From Lachnospiraceae bacterium (GTDB taxonomy: Bacteria; Bacillota; Clostridia; Lachnospirales; Lachnospiraceae), in assembly GCA_036310185.1 (NCBI GenBank), contig JAXJSH010000070.1, positions 59,865 to 123,864 of the forward strand: a stretch of DNA of 64,000 nucleotides. The letters run 5' to 3'. The notes beneath the pieces were generated by a model, which saw nothing but the letters and a program-made list of their open reading frames with translations, made no database searches and was not told the DNA's origin. Positions 51,774-61,193 of the stretch are shown here, piece by piece; within the stretch, counting starts at the first letter, position 1, and each line of letters starts with the position of its first letter. Made by a program: the position numbers and the translations under genes.

Positions 51774-52400
51774 TTGAAAACTTTCCAAAAACCACTCACA
51801 CCGGAAGAGGAAACCGCCTATCTGCTGGCCTGCCATGAAGGGGATGAAACGGCAAAATCCATTCTGGTCGAACGCAATCTGCGTCTGGTGGCCCATGTGG
51901 TAAAAAAATATCAGAATACGGGCGATGACCCGGATGACCTCATTTCCATCGGTACCATCGGACTGATCAAGGCCATCGGCACCTTTGACCCGGGCCGGGG
52001 CCGGAGACTGGCCACCTATGCCGCAAAATGCATCGACAACGAACTGCTCATGTATTTCCGCACGAAAAAAAAGACCTCCAGAGAGGTCTCTTTGTATGAA
52101 CCGATCGGCATTGATAAAGAAGGCAACGAGATCAACCTGCTGGACATCATGGAAAGCGACCAGCCGGATTCTTTTGAGCTGTACAGCCAGAAGCAGGATA
52201 TTCTCCGAATTGCGGGCCTGATGAAACAGGTGCTGGACCATCGGGAATCCCAGGTTCTCTGCCTTCGCTACGGCCTTGGGGCCGAACCGGAGATGACTCA
52301 GCGCGAGATTGCCAAACGGCTGAATATCAGCCGTTCCTACGTTTCACGCATTGAAAAAAATGCGCTTGCAAAACTGCGGGAAAATTTTCCCCACGAATAA
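51774..52400 (+). CDS. sigK: Sporulation sigma factor SigK-like, without a pro-sequence (TTG start)
   Basis: 208 aa. Close to the B. subtilis SigK pattern (NLRLVAHVVKKY, DLISIGTIGLIKA, REIAKRLNISRSYVSRIEKNAL). The reading frame opens at 51744, and the only start is TTG at 51774, with GAGG 6 nt upstream. Confidence 0.8.
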   Translation: MKTFQKPLTPEEETAYLLACHEGDETAKSILVERNLRLVAHVVKKYQNTGDDPDDLISIGTIGLIKAIGTFDPGRGRRLATYAAKCIDNELLMYFRTKKKTSREVSLYEPIGIDKEGNEINLLDIMESDQPDSFELYSQKQDILRIAGLMKQVLDHRESQVLCLRYGLGAEPEMTQREIAKRLNISRSYVSRIEKNALAKLRENFPHE

Positions 52401-52462
52401 TCCACACCTGCCATCGTTTTTTCTGCACTTATCCACTTCAGACCCTTTCTGAAGTGAACACT

Positions 52463-53707
52463 TTATGCTTCCGGTTCCTGTCTGCGCAGAATATCGAATG
52501 CATCCAGTTCCATGCCAAGATCGATATAAAGCACCTGTTTCGGATGCGGAGCGCTGGGCATATCATTGCCCTCCTCATCTACAATACGTTTTACCGTAAC
52601 TTCAATATTGGAACCATCCGGTTTCATTACTTCTATGGTTTCTCCCACGGAGAATTTGTTTCTCTGCTCAATCCGATACAGACCGGCTTCATTCTGTGGT
52701 CCTGCAATACCAAGATAGGTATACTCTTTTACATAAGTGTTGCTGTCATAAATCTGCGTATTTTCATCCGGTCTTCCATAGAAAAATCCGGTTGTAAACT
52801 GGCGATACGTACAGTTGGAAATCTGTTCCTGATACCAGGGCATATTTGCCTCATAAACATCCTTACCCTTTGCAAAATCATCCAGTGCCTTACGATAGGT
52901 TCTTGCAACGGTAGCTACATACAGGGCTGTCTTCATACGCCCCTCAATCTTCAGACTGTCGATTCCCGCATCGATCAGATCCGGAATATGCTCGATCATA
53001 CATAAATCTTTTGAATTAAAAATATACGTTCCGCGCTCATTTTCATATACCGGCAGATATTCACCCGGTCTCTGCTCTTCCACCACCGCATATTTCCAAC
53101 GGCACGGATGGGTGCAGGCGCCCTGGTTCGCATCTCTTCCGGTAAAATAATTGCTCAGAAGACACCTTCCGGAATAGGAAATACACATGGCACCATGAAT
53201 AAATGACTCAATCTCCATATCATCCGGAATGTGCGCACGAATCTCTCTGATTTCCTCAAGAGAAAGCTCCCGGGCTGATACCACGCGCTTTGCGCCGAGA
53301 CGATGCCAGAACAGGTATGTCTCATAGTTTGTGTTATTGGCCTGGGTACTGATATGACGCTCGATTTCCGGACAGATCTGCTCTGCCAGTGTATACATGC
53401 CCGGATCCGCAATGATCAGCGCGTCCGGCTTCATTTCTTTCAGCTCGCGAAAATACTCTTTTGCCCCTTCCAGATCCCGGTTGTGGGCCAGAATATTGGC
53501 TGTCACATATACTTTTACCCCGTGTTCGTGGGCAAAAGCGATTCCCTCGGCCATATCACTTTTCGAAAAATTCTTGGCTTTTGCACGAAGCCCAAATGCT
53601 TCACCGCCGATATAAACGGCATCGGCACCAAAGATAACGGCCACTTTCAGCACTTCCAGGCTGCTGGCCGGCACTAATAACTCAGGTAATTTCATTTTTT
53701 TCTCCAT
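52463..53707 (-). CDS. Peptidase U32 family protein (TrhP/YrrO-like)
   Basis: 414 aa. U32 pattern PELLVPASSLE...GADAVYIGG...E.FIHGAMCISYSGRCLLS. Confidence 0.85.
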   Translation of the reverse strand: MEKKMKLPELLVPASSLEVLKVAVIFGADAVYIGGEAFGLRAKAKNFSKSDMAEGIAFAHEHGVKVYVTANILAHNRDLEGAKEYFRELKEMKPDALIIADPGMYTLAEQICPEIERHISTQANNTNYETYLFWHRLGAKRVVSARELSLEEIREIRAHIPDDMEIESFIHGAMCISYSGRCLLSNYFTGRDANQGACTHPCRWKYAVVEEQRPGEYLPVYENERGTYIFNSKDLCMIEHIPDLIDAGIDSLKIEGRMKTALYVATVARTYRKALDDFAKGKDVYEANMPWYQEQISNCTYRQFTTGFFYGRPDENTQIYDSNTYVKEYTYLGIAGPQNEAGLYRIEQRNKFSVGETIEVMKPDGSNIEVTVKRIVDEEGNDMPSAPHPKQVLYIDLGMELDAFDILRRQEPEA

Positions 53708-53711
53708 CGTC

Positions 53712-54362
53712 TTATTTCTGTCCTGTCTTTACACTGACCGTAATTCCATCACCGACCGGCAGCACCGAAGTCACCAGCTGCTCGTGATGGGTCAGCTCAT
53801 AGAGATAATCTCTCATACGTTTGTATATGGTACGGTTTCTTCTCTCTACTGCAAAATGAGACTCGATAATGTCCCCGTCCTGCAGTACATTGTCCGTAAT
53901 CAGTACTCCGCCGGGCTCCAGCAGACGCAGCAGTTCCGGCAAATAAAAGATATATTGCCCCTTCGCTGCATCCATAAAAATAAAATCAAAGGGGCCTTCC
54001 AGTTCTTTCAGAATATCCTGGGCATCCCCTTCCAGCAGAGTGATCTGTTTTTCCCTGCCGGCACGGGCAAAATTGGCCCGGGCCACAGGTATTCTTTTTT
54101 CATAATTTTCAATCGTCGTAATCTGTACATCCGGCTCACCGTATTCGCACATGAGAAGTGCAGAAAAACCGATTGCCGTACCCACTTCAAGAATCCGCTT
54201 CGGACGTTTCATGGCCAGAAATGTTTTTAAAAAGGTCTGCATATCCTTCCGGATAATCGGTACATAAGTATCCAGCGCCTCCTGCTCCAGCTCTTCCAGA
54301 AACGGCGTGTTTCCCGGATCCAGGGAATTGATGTACGTAAGCATACGTTCATTAATAATCAT
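53712..54362 (-). CDS. Class I SAM-dependent O-methyltransferase (TrmR/YrrM-like)
   Basis: 216 aa. SAM motif ILEVGTAIGFSAL and the O-methyltransferase family 3 layout. Confidence 0.8.
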   Translation of the reverse strand: MIINERMLTYINSLDPGNTPFLEELEQEALDTYVPIIRKDMQTFLKTFLAMKRPKRILEVGTAIGFSALLMCEYGEPDVQITTIENYEKRIPVARANFARAGREKQITLLEGDAQDILKELEGPFDFIFMDAAKGQYIFYLPELLRLLEPGGVLITDNVLQDGDIIESHFAVERRNRTIYKRMRDYLYELTHHEQLVTSVLPVGDGITVSVKTGQK

Positions 54363-54820
54363 TCTTCCACCTTATCAATCGCATCGTTTTCCGAAGTATT
54401 TTCTTCCGAATCCGAAGCGCTCTGCAAAATACCGTCCGGATTGTCACCGGACAGGATCTCCATCATTTCATCTGCAGTCATAGAGGTATTTAAAAGATAG
54501 GTTCCCGGCAGCAATCTGCCGTGATATCCGGACAAACGTTCCTGAAGCAGAAAAATGGCATCATCCTCAATCAGCCCTTTCCGTTCAAGCGTTCTGGCAA
54601 TATCTTTCACAGTGGAATCTTCCGGTATAATAACCGTCACCGCCTGCCCCGGTGCTTCTGCAACCGGCTCCTGGTTAAAGATCGCATAGCCAAAAGAATA
54701 TGCTTTTTGAGCCAGATATATCATGACTATAATTACCAGGACATAGAATAATATCTTCAATACGCTTTTCGCCCCAAACACCGCTGCCTGATAGCCGGTA
54801 TCTGATTTCTTTTTTGCCAT
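54359..54820 (-). CDS. Short MltG/YceG-like membrane protein (TM + LysM-like module only)
   Basis: 153 aa. N-terminal TM helix, then VTVIIPEDSTVKDIARTLERKGLIED...LPGTYLLNTSMTADEMMEIL, typical of the MltG N-terminal part. The catalytic half is absent. Confidence 0.55.
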   Translation of the reverse strand: MAKKKSDTGYQAAVFGAKSVLKILFYVLVIIVMIYLAQKAYSFGYAIFNQEPVAEAPGQAVTVIIPEDSTVKDIARTLERKGLIEDDAIFLLQERLSGYHGRLLPGTYLLNTSMTADEMMEILSGDNPDGILQSASDSEENTSENDAIDKVEE

Positions 54821-54834
54821 ACGCTCTCCTTACC

Positions 54835-55164
54835 CTACACTCCCGGAATCTGAATATCCAGACTGCCGCAGATTCTTGCAGCCACTCGCTGAATTACTTT
54901 GCAAAGGTCAACCTCCGCATCCAGATAAGCATTGACTTCCGGTTTTTTCCTCAGTTCTGCATATTGTGTCTCCAGATTTTCAGATGCTTCGAACCAGTCC
55001 TGTTCCTGATGCATCTGATAGATCACGGACCGGTAACTGTCCACTTCTTTTTTCAAATCCGGATTTTCCGCCAGTGTCTTTTCACACCGCAGATAATTCT
55101 GATAAATACTGCTCTCGTGTATACAATCCAAAAGTGTATTTACACATTCGTCAATTTCTCTCAT
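54835..55164 (-). CDS. YlbF/YmcA-like helical protein
   Basis: 109 aa, all-helical. YQNY...L..NPDLKKEVDSYR resembles the Com_YlbF family. Recognised only by pattern. Confidence 0.45.
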   Translation of the reverse strand: MREIDECVNTLLDCIHESSIYQNYLRCEKTLAENPDLKKEVDSYRSVIYQMHQEQDWFEASENLETQYAELRKKPEVNAYLDAEVDLCKVIQRVAARICGSLDIQIPGV

Positions 55165-55178
55165 GGTATTTTACATCC

Positions 55179-56843
55179 TTATGCTTCCATTATTATCGGT
55201 AATATCATAGGTCTTCTCTTGGTACGCTTCCAGACAAACTCGCCTAAAGAGTCTTTGATGATGTTTTTGATCTTACTCCAGTCTGTAATATTTTTATCCA
55301 GACAGATATCAAGCGCATTTTCCACAACCTGATGTGCCTCTTCCATCAGATCCTCTGACTCCCGCACATAAACAAATCCACGGGATACAATATCCGGACC
55401 TGCAAGCACATGATTTGTGTGGTGCTCCAGGGTCATAACCACAATCATGATTCCGTCTTCCGCCAGATGCTGACGGTCACGCAGTACAATATTGCCCACA
55501 TCGCCAACGCCAAGACCGTCCACCAGAATAGATCCTGTCTGAACTTTTCCAATGACTTTGGCGCTCTCTTCACACAGTTCCAGCACATCGCCGGATTTTA
55601 AAATGAAGGTATTTTCTTTCGGTATACCAAGGTTGATCGCCAGATTGGCCTGCGCTTTCAGATGGCGCACCTCGCCGTGAACCGGAATGGCATACTTTGG
55701 CTTTAACAGAGAATAAATAAGCTTGATTTCCTCCTGACAGGCATGTCCTGATACATGCACATCCTGGAAAATAACATCTGCACCGATACTGGTCAGCTCG
55801 TTGATCACTTTTGATACGGCTTTTTCATTGCCCGGAATCGGATTGGAACTGAAAATGATCGTATCCCCCGGCATGATCGTAATCTTTTTGTGAATATTTG
55901 CCGCCATACGGGAGAGAGCCGCCATGGACTCGCCCTGACTTCCGGTGGTGATCAGAACCGTCTTTTCCGGCGGATAGTTTTTCAGCTGATCCATTTCCAC
56001 AAGGGTATTTTCCGGAATACTTAAATAACCCACTTCGGAAGCTGTGCCGATGACATTTACCATGCTTCGTCCTTCCAGGCAGACTTTACGGCCAAATTTG
56101 TAGGCAGAGTTGATGATCTGCTGTACACGGTCCACATTGGACGCAAAGGTGGCAATGATAATTCTGGTATTTGTGTGCTCTGCAAAAATATTGTCAAAGG
56201 TTCTTCCCACCGTACGCTCGGACATGGTAAAGCCCGGACGTTCCGCATTGGTACTGTCACACATAAGTGCCAGCACGCCTTTTTTTCCGATCTCTGCCAG
56301 ACGCTGAAGATCAATGGCATCACCGAATACCGGTGTGTAATCTACTTTGAAGTCACCTGTGTGCACCACGGTTCCGGCCGGTGAATAAATAGCCAGTGCA
56401 GATGCATCCTGAATGCTGTGGTTTGTCTTGATAAATTCGATTCGAAAATCGCCCAGATTAATGGATTGTCCGTGTCGGACAACTTTTCGTTTCACTCGCT
56501 TTACCATGCCGTGCTCTTCCAGCTTTTTCTCGATCAGGGCCATGGTCAGTTTTGTTGTATAAATCGGTACGTTGATGTCTCTTAATACATACGGGAATGC
56601 GCCGATATGGTCTTCATGCCCGTGTGTTACTACAAATCCCTTAATTTTGCTGTAATTATCTTTTAAATATGTGATGTCCGGAATGACCAGATCAATTCCC
56701 AGCATATCGTCCTCCGGGAATGCCAGACCGCAGTCCACCACAACAATACTGTCTTCGTATTCAAAGGCAGTAATATTCATCCCGATCTGCTCAAGGCCGC
56801 CAAGCGGGATAATTTTCAATTTTGAGTTGGTTTTTTTCTTCAA
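55179..56843 (-). CDS. rnj: Ribonuclease J
   Basis: Metallo-beta-lactamase motif HGHEDHIG plus beta-CASP and C-terminal domains. The start is probably TTG at 56841-56843 (LKKKTNSKLKIIPLGG), with GGAGG 7 nt upstream. The ORF-track start at 56861 is also TTG. Confidence 0.9.
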   Translation of the reverse strand: MKKKTNSKLKIIPLGGLEQIGMNITAFEYEDSIVVVDCGLAFPEDDMLGIDLVIPDITYLKDNYSKIKGFVVTHGHEDHIGAFPYVLRDINVPIYTTKLTMALIEKKLEEHGMVKRVKRKVVRHGQSINLGDFRIEFIKTNHSIQDASALAIYSPAGTVVHTGDFKVDYTPVFGDAIDLQRLAEIGKKGVLALMCDSTNAERPGFTMSERTVGRTFDNIFAEHTNTRIIIATFASNVDRVQQIINSAYKFGRKVCLEGRSMVNVIGTASEVGYLSIPENTLVEMDQLKNYPPEKTVLITTGSQGESMAALSRMAANIHKKITIMPGDTIIFSSNPIPGNEKAVSKVINELTSIGADVIFQDVHVSGHACQEEIKLIYSLLKPKYAIPVHGEVRHLKAQANLAINLGIPKENTFILKSGDVLELCEESAKVIGKVQTGSILVDGLGVGDVGNIVLRDRQHLAEDGIMIVVMTLEHHTNHVLAGPDIVSRGFVYVRESEDLMEEAHQVVENALDICLDKNITDWSKIKNIIKDSLGEFVWKRTKRRPMILPIIMEA

Positions 56844-56864
56844 TAAAACACCTCCGCGCAACTT

Positions 56865-57122
56865 TTATAAGTCTATTTCTGTGTCGTCCAACATCTCCTG
56901 AAACACGCGGGAAAGCGCCTCAAGTTCCACGTCGTCTTCTACCATAACGTAATTGGCCACTTCGTCCTCGTCTTCTGAAATGTCTTTTAAAATATAGGCA
57001 TCCGCCTCATCATCCTGTGAATCTGTTACGAGCAGATAGTTTGTACCGTTCACTCTGGTCTGCTCTTCCACATAAAAATCTACAACTGTACCGTCTTCTA
57101 ATTCAAATTTCAATTTTTCCAT
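56865..57122 (-). CDS. DUF1292 domain protein (YrzB-like)
   Basis: 85 aa, acidic. The pattern DEDGNE-like ...YLLV...ILK is typical of DUF1292. Conserved position next to ruvX. Confidence 0.8.
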   Translation of the reverse strand: MEKLKFELEDGTVVDFYVEEQTRVNGTNYLLVTDSQDDEADAYILKDISEDEDEVANYVMVEDDVELEALSRVFQEMLDDTEIDL

Positions 57123-57240
57123 AATCTGTTATCCCTGCATTCTGAATGTTTTTGTATTTTACTGCTGCGGGCACCGCCCCGTTTCATGCCATTTGTACAA
57201 ATTCATTTTTCCCCGGCATTCTGTATATTATAGCCCGAAC

Positions 57241-57684
57241 TTACTGTTTTTCCTGCTGTTTCTGCATAGCCAGCGAATCAAGATATCCCTGCAGGATAAA
57301 CACGGCTGCCAGCTCGTCCACATATTTATAACGGTTCTCACGGCGCACTCCGGCCTCCATCAGAGTCCGGTTCGCTTCCACCGTAGTCAGCCGTTCATCC
57401 CACATAAAAATAGCCAGGCCTGTTCTTCTCTCAAGCATGCGCTTAAATTCTAGAGATTTCTCAGCCCTGTCCCCAATCGTGTTATTCATGTTTTTCGGAA
57501 AACCAAGAACAATGGCTTCCACCTGGTATTCCTCAATCAGTTCCTCAATCCGTGCCAATGTCTGACGAAGCTTGTTCTCAGACTTTCTCCTGATAATTTC
57601 GATTCCCTGCGCAGTCAAACCCAGGGGGTCGCTGATAGCGACTCCTACTGTTTTTGACCCGTAATCCAATCCCATAATTCGCAT
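57241..57684 (-). CDS. ruvX: Putative pre-16S rRNA nuclease / Holliday junction resolvase-like RuvX (YqgF)
   Basis: 147 aa. N-terminal [17 protein letters not shown]. Confidence 0.9.
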   Translation of the reverse strand: MRIMGLDYGSKTVGVAISDPLGLTAQGIEIIRRKSENKLRQTLARIEELIEEYQVEAIVLGFPKNMNNTIGDRAEKSLEFKRMLERRTGLAIFMWDERLTTVEANRTLMEAGVRRENRYKYVDELAAVFILQGYLDSLAMQKQQEKQ

Positions 57685-57687
57685 AGA

Positions 57688-57954
57688 TTATCTTCTCCAT
57701 GCCTCATTTTTAATATACTCTTTCAGCAGTTCCTCAACCAGCTCATCACGCTCCACTTTCATGATCATGCTTCGCGCACCCTTGTAACTGGTGATATAAG
57801 TGGGATCTCCTGACATAATATATCCAACAATCTGGTTAACCGGATTGTAACCTTTTTCTGCCATCGCATTGTATACCACATCCAGAACCTCTTTTACCTG
57901 AATCTCAGGCTCTGTTTTTACTTTAAAAAACTGTGTATTGCTCAAATCTGCCAT
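57688..57954 (-). CDS. IreB-family regulatory phosphoprotein (UPF0297)
   Basis: 88 aa. YNPVNQIVGYIMSGDPTYITS is diagnostic. Confidence 0.85.
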   Translation of the reverse strand: MADLSNTQFFKVKTEPEIQVKEVLDVVYNAMAEKGYNPVNQIVGYIMSGDPTYITSYKGARSMIMKVERDELVEELLKEYIKNEAWRR

Positions 57955-58030
57955 TTTTGCTCACGCCCTTATCTTACTTAGTCTCTATGTTCATTCTAAA
58001 CTATATACGCATAAAATTCAATCAAAAATA

Positions 58031-59371
58031 TTATGAAAAAAGATATAACGTACCGTCTTCGCTTACCTCAGCTACCTTACATGTTCTCTGTACATTTGTC
58101 AGATCTGTTCCGGATTGCAGCTTTGCCTTTACATATTCGCGTGTATGTCCAACCCAGTATTCCCGGCCGTTTTCCATGATTTTTTCTTCAAAAAGCACTT
58201 CCACTTCTTTTCCGGCAAAGGAATCCGCATAAGCCCTCTGATGGCGCTGACCGATCTCAATGAGGATCTGGCTGCGCTCTGCTTTTTTCTGTTCCGGCAC
58301 CTGATTTTCCATCACCGCCGCCTTCGTACCCTTTCTGCGGGAATATTTAAAAATATGTGTCTCAAAAAAGTTGATCCGTTCCACATATTCTTTTGTTGCC
58401 GCAAATTCCTCTTCCGTCTCACCCGGAAAACCTGCGATAATATCGGTAGTGAGCGCCGGATTATCAAAATATTTCCGCAGAATTCTGCAGCGTTCCTCGT
58501 ACTGTGCCGTATCATACCGGCGGTTCATGCGCTTAAGCGTGGCATCACAGCCGCTCTGCATGGACAAGTGAAAATGGGGACACACTTTATCAAAACCGGA
58601 TAATTCTTTCGCAAACGCCTCTGTCACAATCCCCGGTTCCAGCGATCCCAGACGGATGCGTGTGATTCCGTCTGTATTCTGAATGGCTTCGATGAGTTTC
58701 AGCAGTGCTGTTCCATACGGATATTCCTCACTTTTTTCCCATTCCGCAAAATCAGCGCCATAAGAACTGAGATGTATACCGGTCAGGACCACTTCCTGAT
58801 AACCGCCCTGGGCCAGCCTGTTCACTTCCCCCATCACATCTTCCATGCTGCGGCTTCTCACACGGCCCCGTGCAAAAGGAATAATACAGTAGGTGCAAAA
58901 CTGATTGCAGCCGTCCTGAATTTTCAAATAAGCTCTTGTATGCTCCGCAGTTCGGGATATATGAAGGGACTCATATTCTTTTGTATGATTGATGTCTATA
59001 ATATTTGAAAAATCGGTTGCCTGCTTTTCCTGATACTCCTCCAGAATCTGAAGAAGATCCTGTTTTTTATTATTTCCAATTACAATGTCGATTGCCTCAT
59101 CTTTTTTCAGTTCTTCACCGGCAGCCTGCACATAGCAGCCTGCTGCCACAACAATGGCATCCGGATTCATTTTTTTTGCTTTATGCAGCATCTGACGGGA
59201 TTTGCGGTCCGCAATATTCGTCACCGTACAGGTGTTGATCACGTATACATCCGCTCCCGGTTCAAAGGGAACTATCTCATATCCGCCCTCTTCCAGCAGC
59301 TGCTGCATGGCCTCTAACTCATATGCATTTACTTTACAGCCCAGATTGTGCAGGGCGGCCTTCTTACTCAT
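58031..59371 (-). CDS. mtaB: tRNA (t6A37) methylthiotransferase MtaB (radical SAM)
   Basis: Start re-set to MSKKAALHNLGCKVNAYE, with RBS AAGGAG. Radical SAM motif CNQFCTYC and a C-terminal TRAM-like region. Confidence 0.85.
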   Translation of the reverse strand: MSKKAALHNLGCKVNAYELEAMQQLLEEGGYEIVPFEPGADVYVINTCTVTNIADRKSRQMLHKAKKMNPDAIVVAAGCYVQAAGEELKKDEAIDIVIGNNKKQDLLQILEEYQEKQATDFSNIIDINHTKEYESLHISRTAEHTRAYLKIQDGCNQFCTYCIIPFARGRVRSRSMEDVMGEVNRLAQGGYQEVVLTGIHLSSYGADFAEWEKSEEYPYGTALLKLIEAIQNTDGITRIRLGSLEPGIVTEAFAKELSGFDKVCPHFHLSMQSGCDATLKRMNRRYDTAQYEERCRILRKYFDNPALTTDIIAGFPGETEEEFAATKEYVERINFFETHIFKYSRRKGTKAAVMENQVPEQKKAERSQILIEIGQRHQRAYADSFAGKEVEVLFEEKIMENGREYWVGHTREYVKAKLQSGTDLTNVQRTCKVAEVSEDGTLYLFS

Positions 59372-59518
59372 AGTATGCTCCTTTTTTGTTAATTTCCAAC
59401 CATTTTTTACCATTATTTTATTGCAACTTTATATTTATTTCGCTTGACTTCATCTTCCAGAAAATGTAAGATTAAACCGAGAATAAAAAGGAATTCACTT
59501 CAACAGGAGGTTAATATT

Positions 59519-59752
59519 ATGAAAACTATTCAAATTTCACTGAACTCTATCGATAAAGTAAAATCTTTTGTTAACGAGATTAATAAATTTGATTTTGATT
59601 TTGATCTGGTTTCCGGAAGATACGTTATTGATGCAAAATCAATCATGGGTATCTTCAGTCTTGATCTTTCCAAACCGATCGATTTAAATATCCACGCAGA
59701 TGGAGATAAACTGGACGAAGTTCTCAAAGTTCTGGAATCTTACTGCATCTAA
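59519..59752 (+). CDS. HPr-family protein lacking the His15 phosphorylation site
   Basis: Start re-set to MKTIQISLNS, with RBS CAGGAGG (77 aa). VIDAKSIMGIFSL aligns with the HPr Ser46 region (VNLKSIMGVMSL). There is no His in the first 30 aa. Confidence 0.65.
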   Translation: MKTIQISLNSIDKVKSFVNEINKFDFDFDLVSGRYVIDAKSIMGIFSLDLSKPIDLNIHADGDKLDEVLKVLESYCI

Positions 59753-59766
59753 TTCGTTTTTTAAGC

Positions 59767-59797
59767 AGAGCCGTTACATCCGTAGCGGCTCTTTTTA
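59767..59797 (+). terminator. Rho-independent terminator after the HPr-like gene
   Basis: 11-bp stem AGAGCCGTTAC/GTAGCGGCTCT (one G-T pair) followed by TTTTTA. Confidence 0.6.
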
Positions 59798-59879
59798 TTC
59801 TTCTATCGTTCAAACAGCGCTTTGTATCTTTCCCCAACTGAACGTCATTTCCTGGATCTGTCCGAAAAAATTCACTTTT

Positions 59880-61067
59880 TTATTCGGAAACAATGATCAC
59901 TTCTGTGGTCTTGATTGCCTCTTCTACCAGCTCATCAATTTTTTCTGCCAGTTTTTCCTCGGAGTGTCTGATGATATTCAGATTCGGCTTTGTTACCGGA
60001 TGTTTTGCCACAAAAACGGTACAGCAGTCTTCGTATGGAAGAATCGAAGTCTCAAATGTATCAATTTTATTTGCCACTTCCACGATTTCCTGTTTATCAA
60101 AACCGATCACCGGACGATATACCGGAAGTGTACATACTTCGTTGGTCGCCGCAAGACTCTGAAGTGTCTGGCTGGCTACCTGACCAATGCTCTCACCGGT
60201 AATCAGACCGAGACAGCCGGTCTCTTTTGCAAAATGCTCTGCAATACGCATCATATAGCGGCGCATGATAATGGTCAGTTCTTCATGGGGACATTTGTCA
60301 TAGATATACAGCTGAATATCGGTAAAGTTTACTACATGCAGATAAATCGGACCGGTATATCTGGATACGATTTTTGCCAGGTCGATCACCTTCTGTTTTG
60401 CACGTTCGCTGGTGTATGGCGGTGCATGGAAATATACCGCATCGATCTTTACGCCACGTTTTGCGATCATGTAGCCTGCCACCGGACTGTCGATACCGCC
60501 GGACAGAAGCAGCATGGCTTTTCCATTTGTACCAACCGGCATACCGCCCGGTCCCGGAATCACTTCCGAATACAGATAGATTCTGTTTCTGATCTCTACC
60601 GTAAGCAGAATATCCGGATTGTGTACATCCACTTTCATCTCCGGGTATGCATCCAGAACAGCGCCGCCCAGCTCACGGTTCAGTTCCATGGAGTCCATGG
60701 GATAGCGCTTATCTGCACGACGGGCATTCATTTTAAATGTTTTGTTTTTATCCGGATAAATGTCATCCACATATTTTACCACATGTTCTGCCAGTTCTTC
60801 GTATTCACACATTTCATGAATCACAACCGGACAGATGCCCACAATACCAAACACTTTTGTGAGCCCATTGATTACTTCATCGTAATCATAGTTGCTGTCA
60901 CAAAATACATAGATTCTTCCCTGGTCTTTCGTCACGCGGAACTCACCTTCTACTTTTTTCAATGCGTGACGGATCTGTTTTACCAGCGCATCTTCAAAAA
61001 GATGGCGGTTTTTTCCTTTTATAGCTATTTCCGCATATTTAATCAAAAATGCCTTGAACATGTTCAT
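59880..61067 (-). CDS. thiI: tRNA 4-thiouridine(8) synthase ThiI
   Basis: 395 aa. THUMP N-domain and the PP-loop SGGIDSPVA. Confidence 0.9.
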   Translation of the reverse strand: MNMFKAFLIKYAEIAIKGKNRHLFEDALVKQIRHALKKVEGEFRVTKDQGRIYVFCDSNYDYDEVINGLTKVFGIVGICPVVIHEMCEYEELAEHVVKYVDDIYPDKNKTFKMNARRADKRYPMDSMELNRELGGAVLDAYPEMKVDVHNPDILLTVEIRNRIYLYSEVIPGPGGMPVGTNGKAMLLLSGGIDSPVAGYMIAKRGVKIDAVYFHAPPYTSERAKQKVIDLAKIVSRYTGPIYLHVVNFTDIQLYIYDKCPHEELTIIMRRYMMRIAEHFAKETGCLGLITGESIGQVASQTLQSLAATNEVCTLPVYRPVIGFDKQEIVEVANKIDTFETSILPYEDCCTVFVAKHPVTKPNLNIIRHSEEKLAEKIDELVEEAIKTTEVIIVSE

Positions 61068-61193
61068 TTTTTTATCTCACTTTCTTTTCCTTATCTGCTG
61101 CATCAAATCTATTGCATAATTCCAATAATCACCGGCTTGTTTTTCTGCTGTCTTATCTTCTCCGTTTTTCTCCTGATCGTGCTTTTGATCCGT

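Noticed and set aside
51738-52241. A 167-aa minus-strand ORF opposite sigK.
   Set aside because: - It is antisense to a confidently recognised sigma-factor gene.
- It has no RBS and no recognisable motif.
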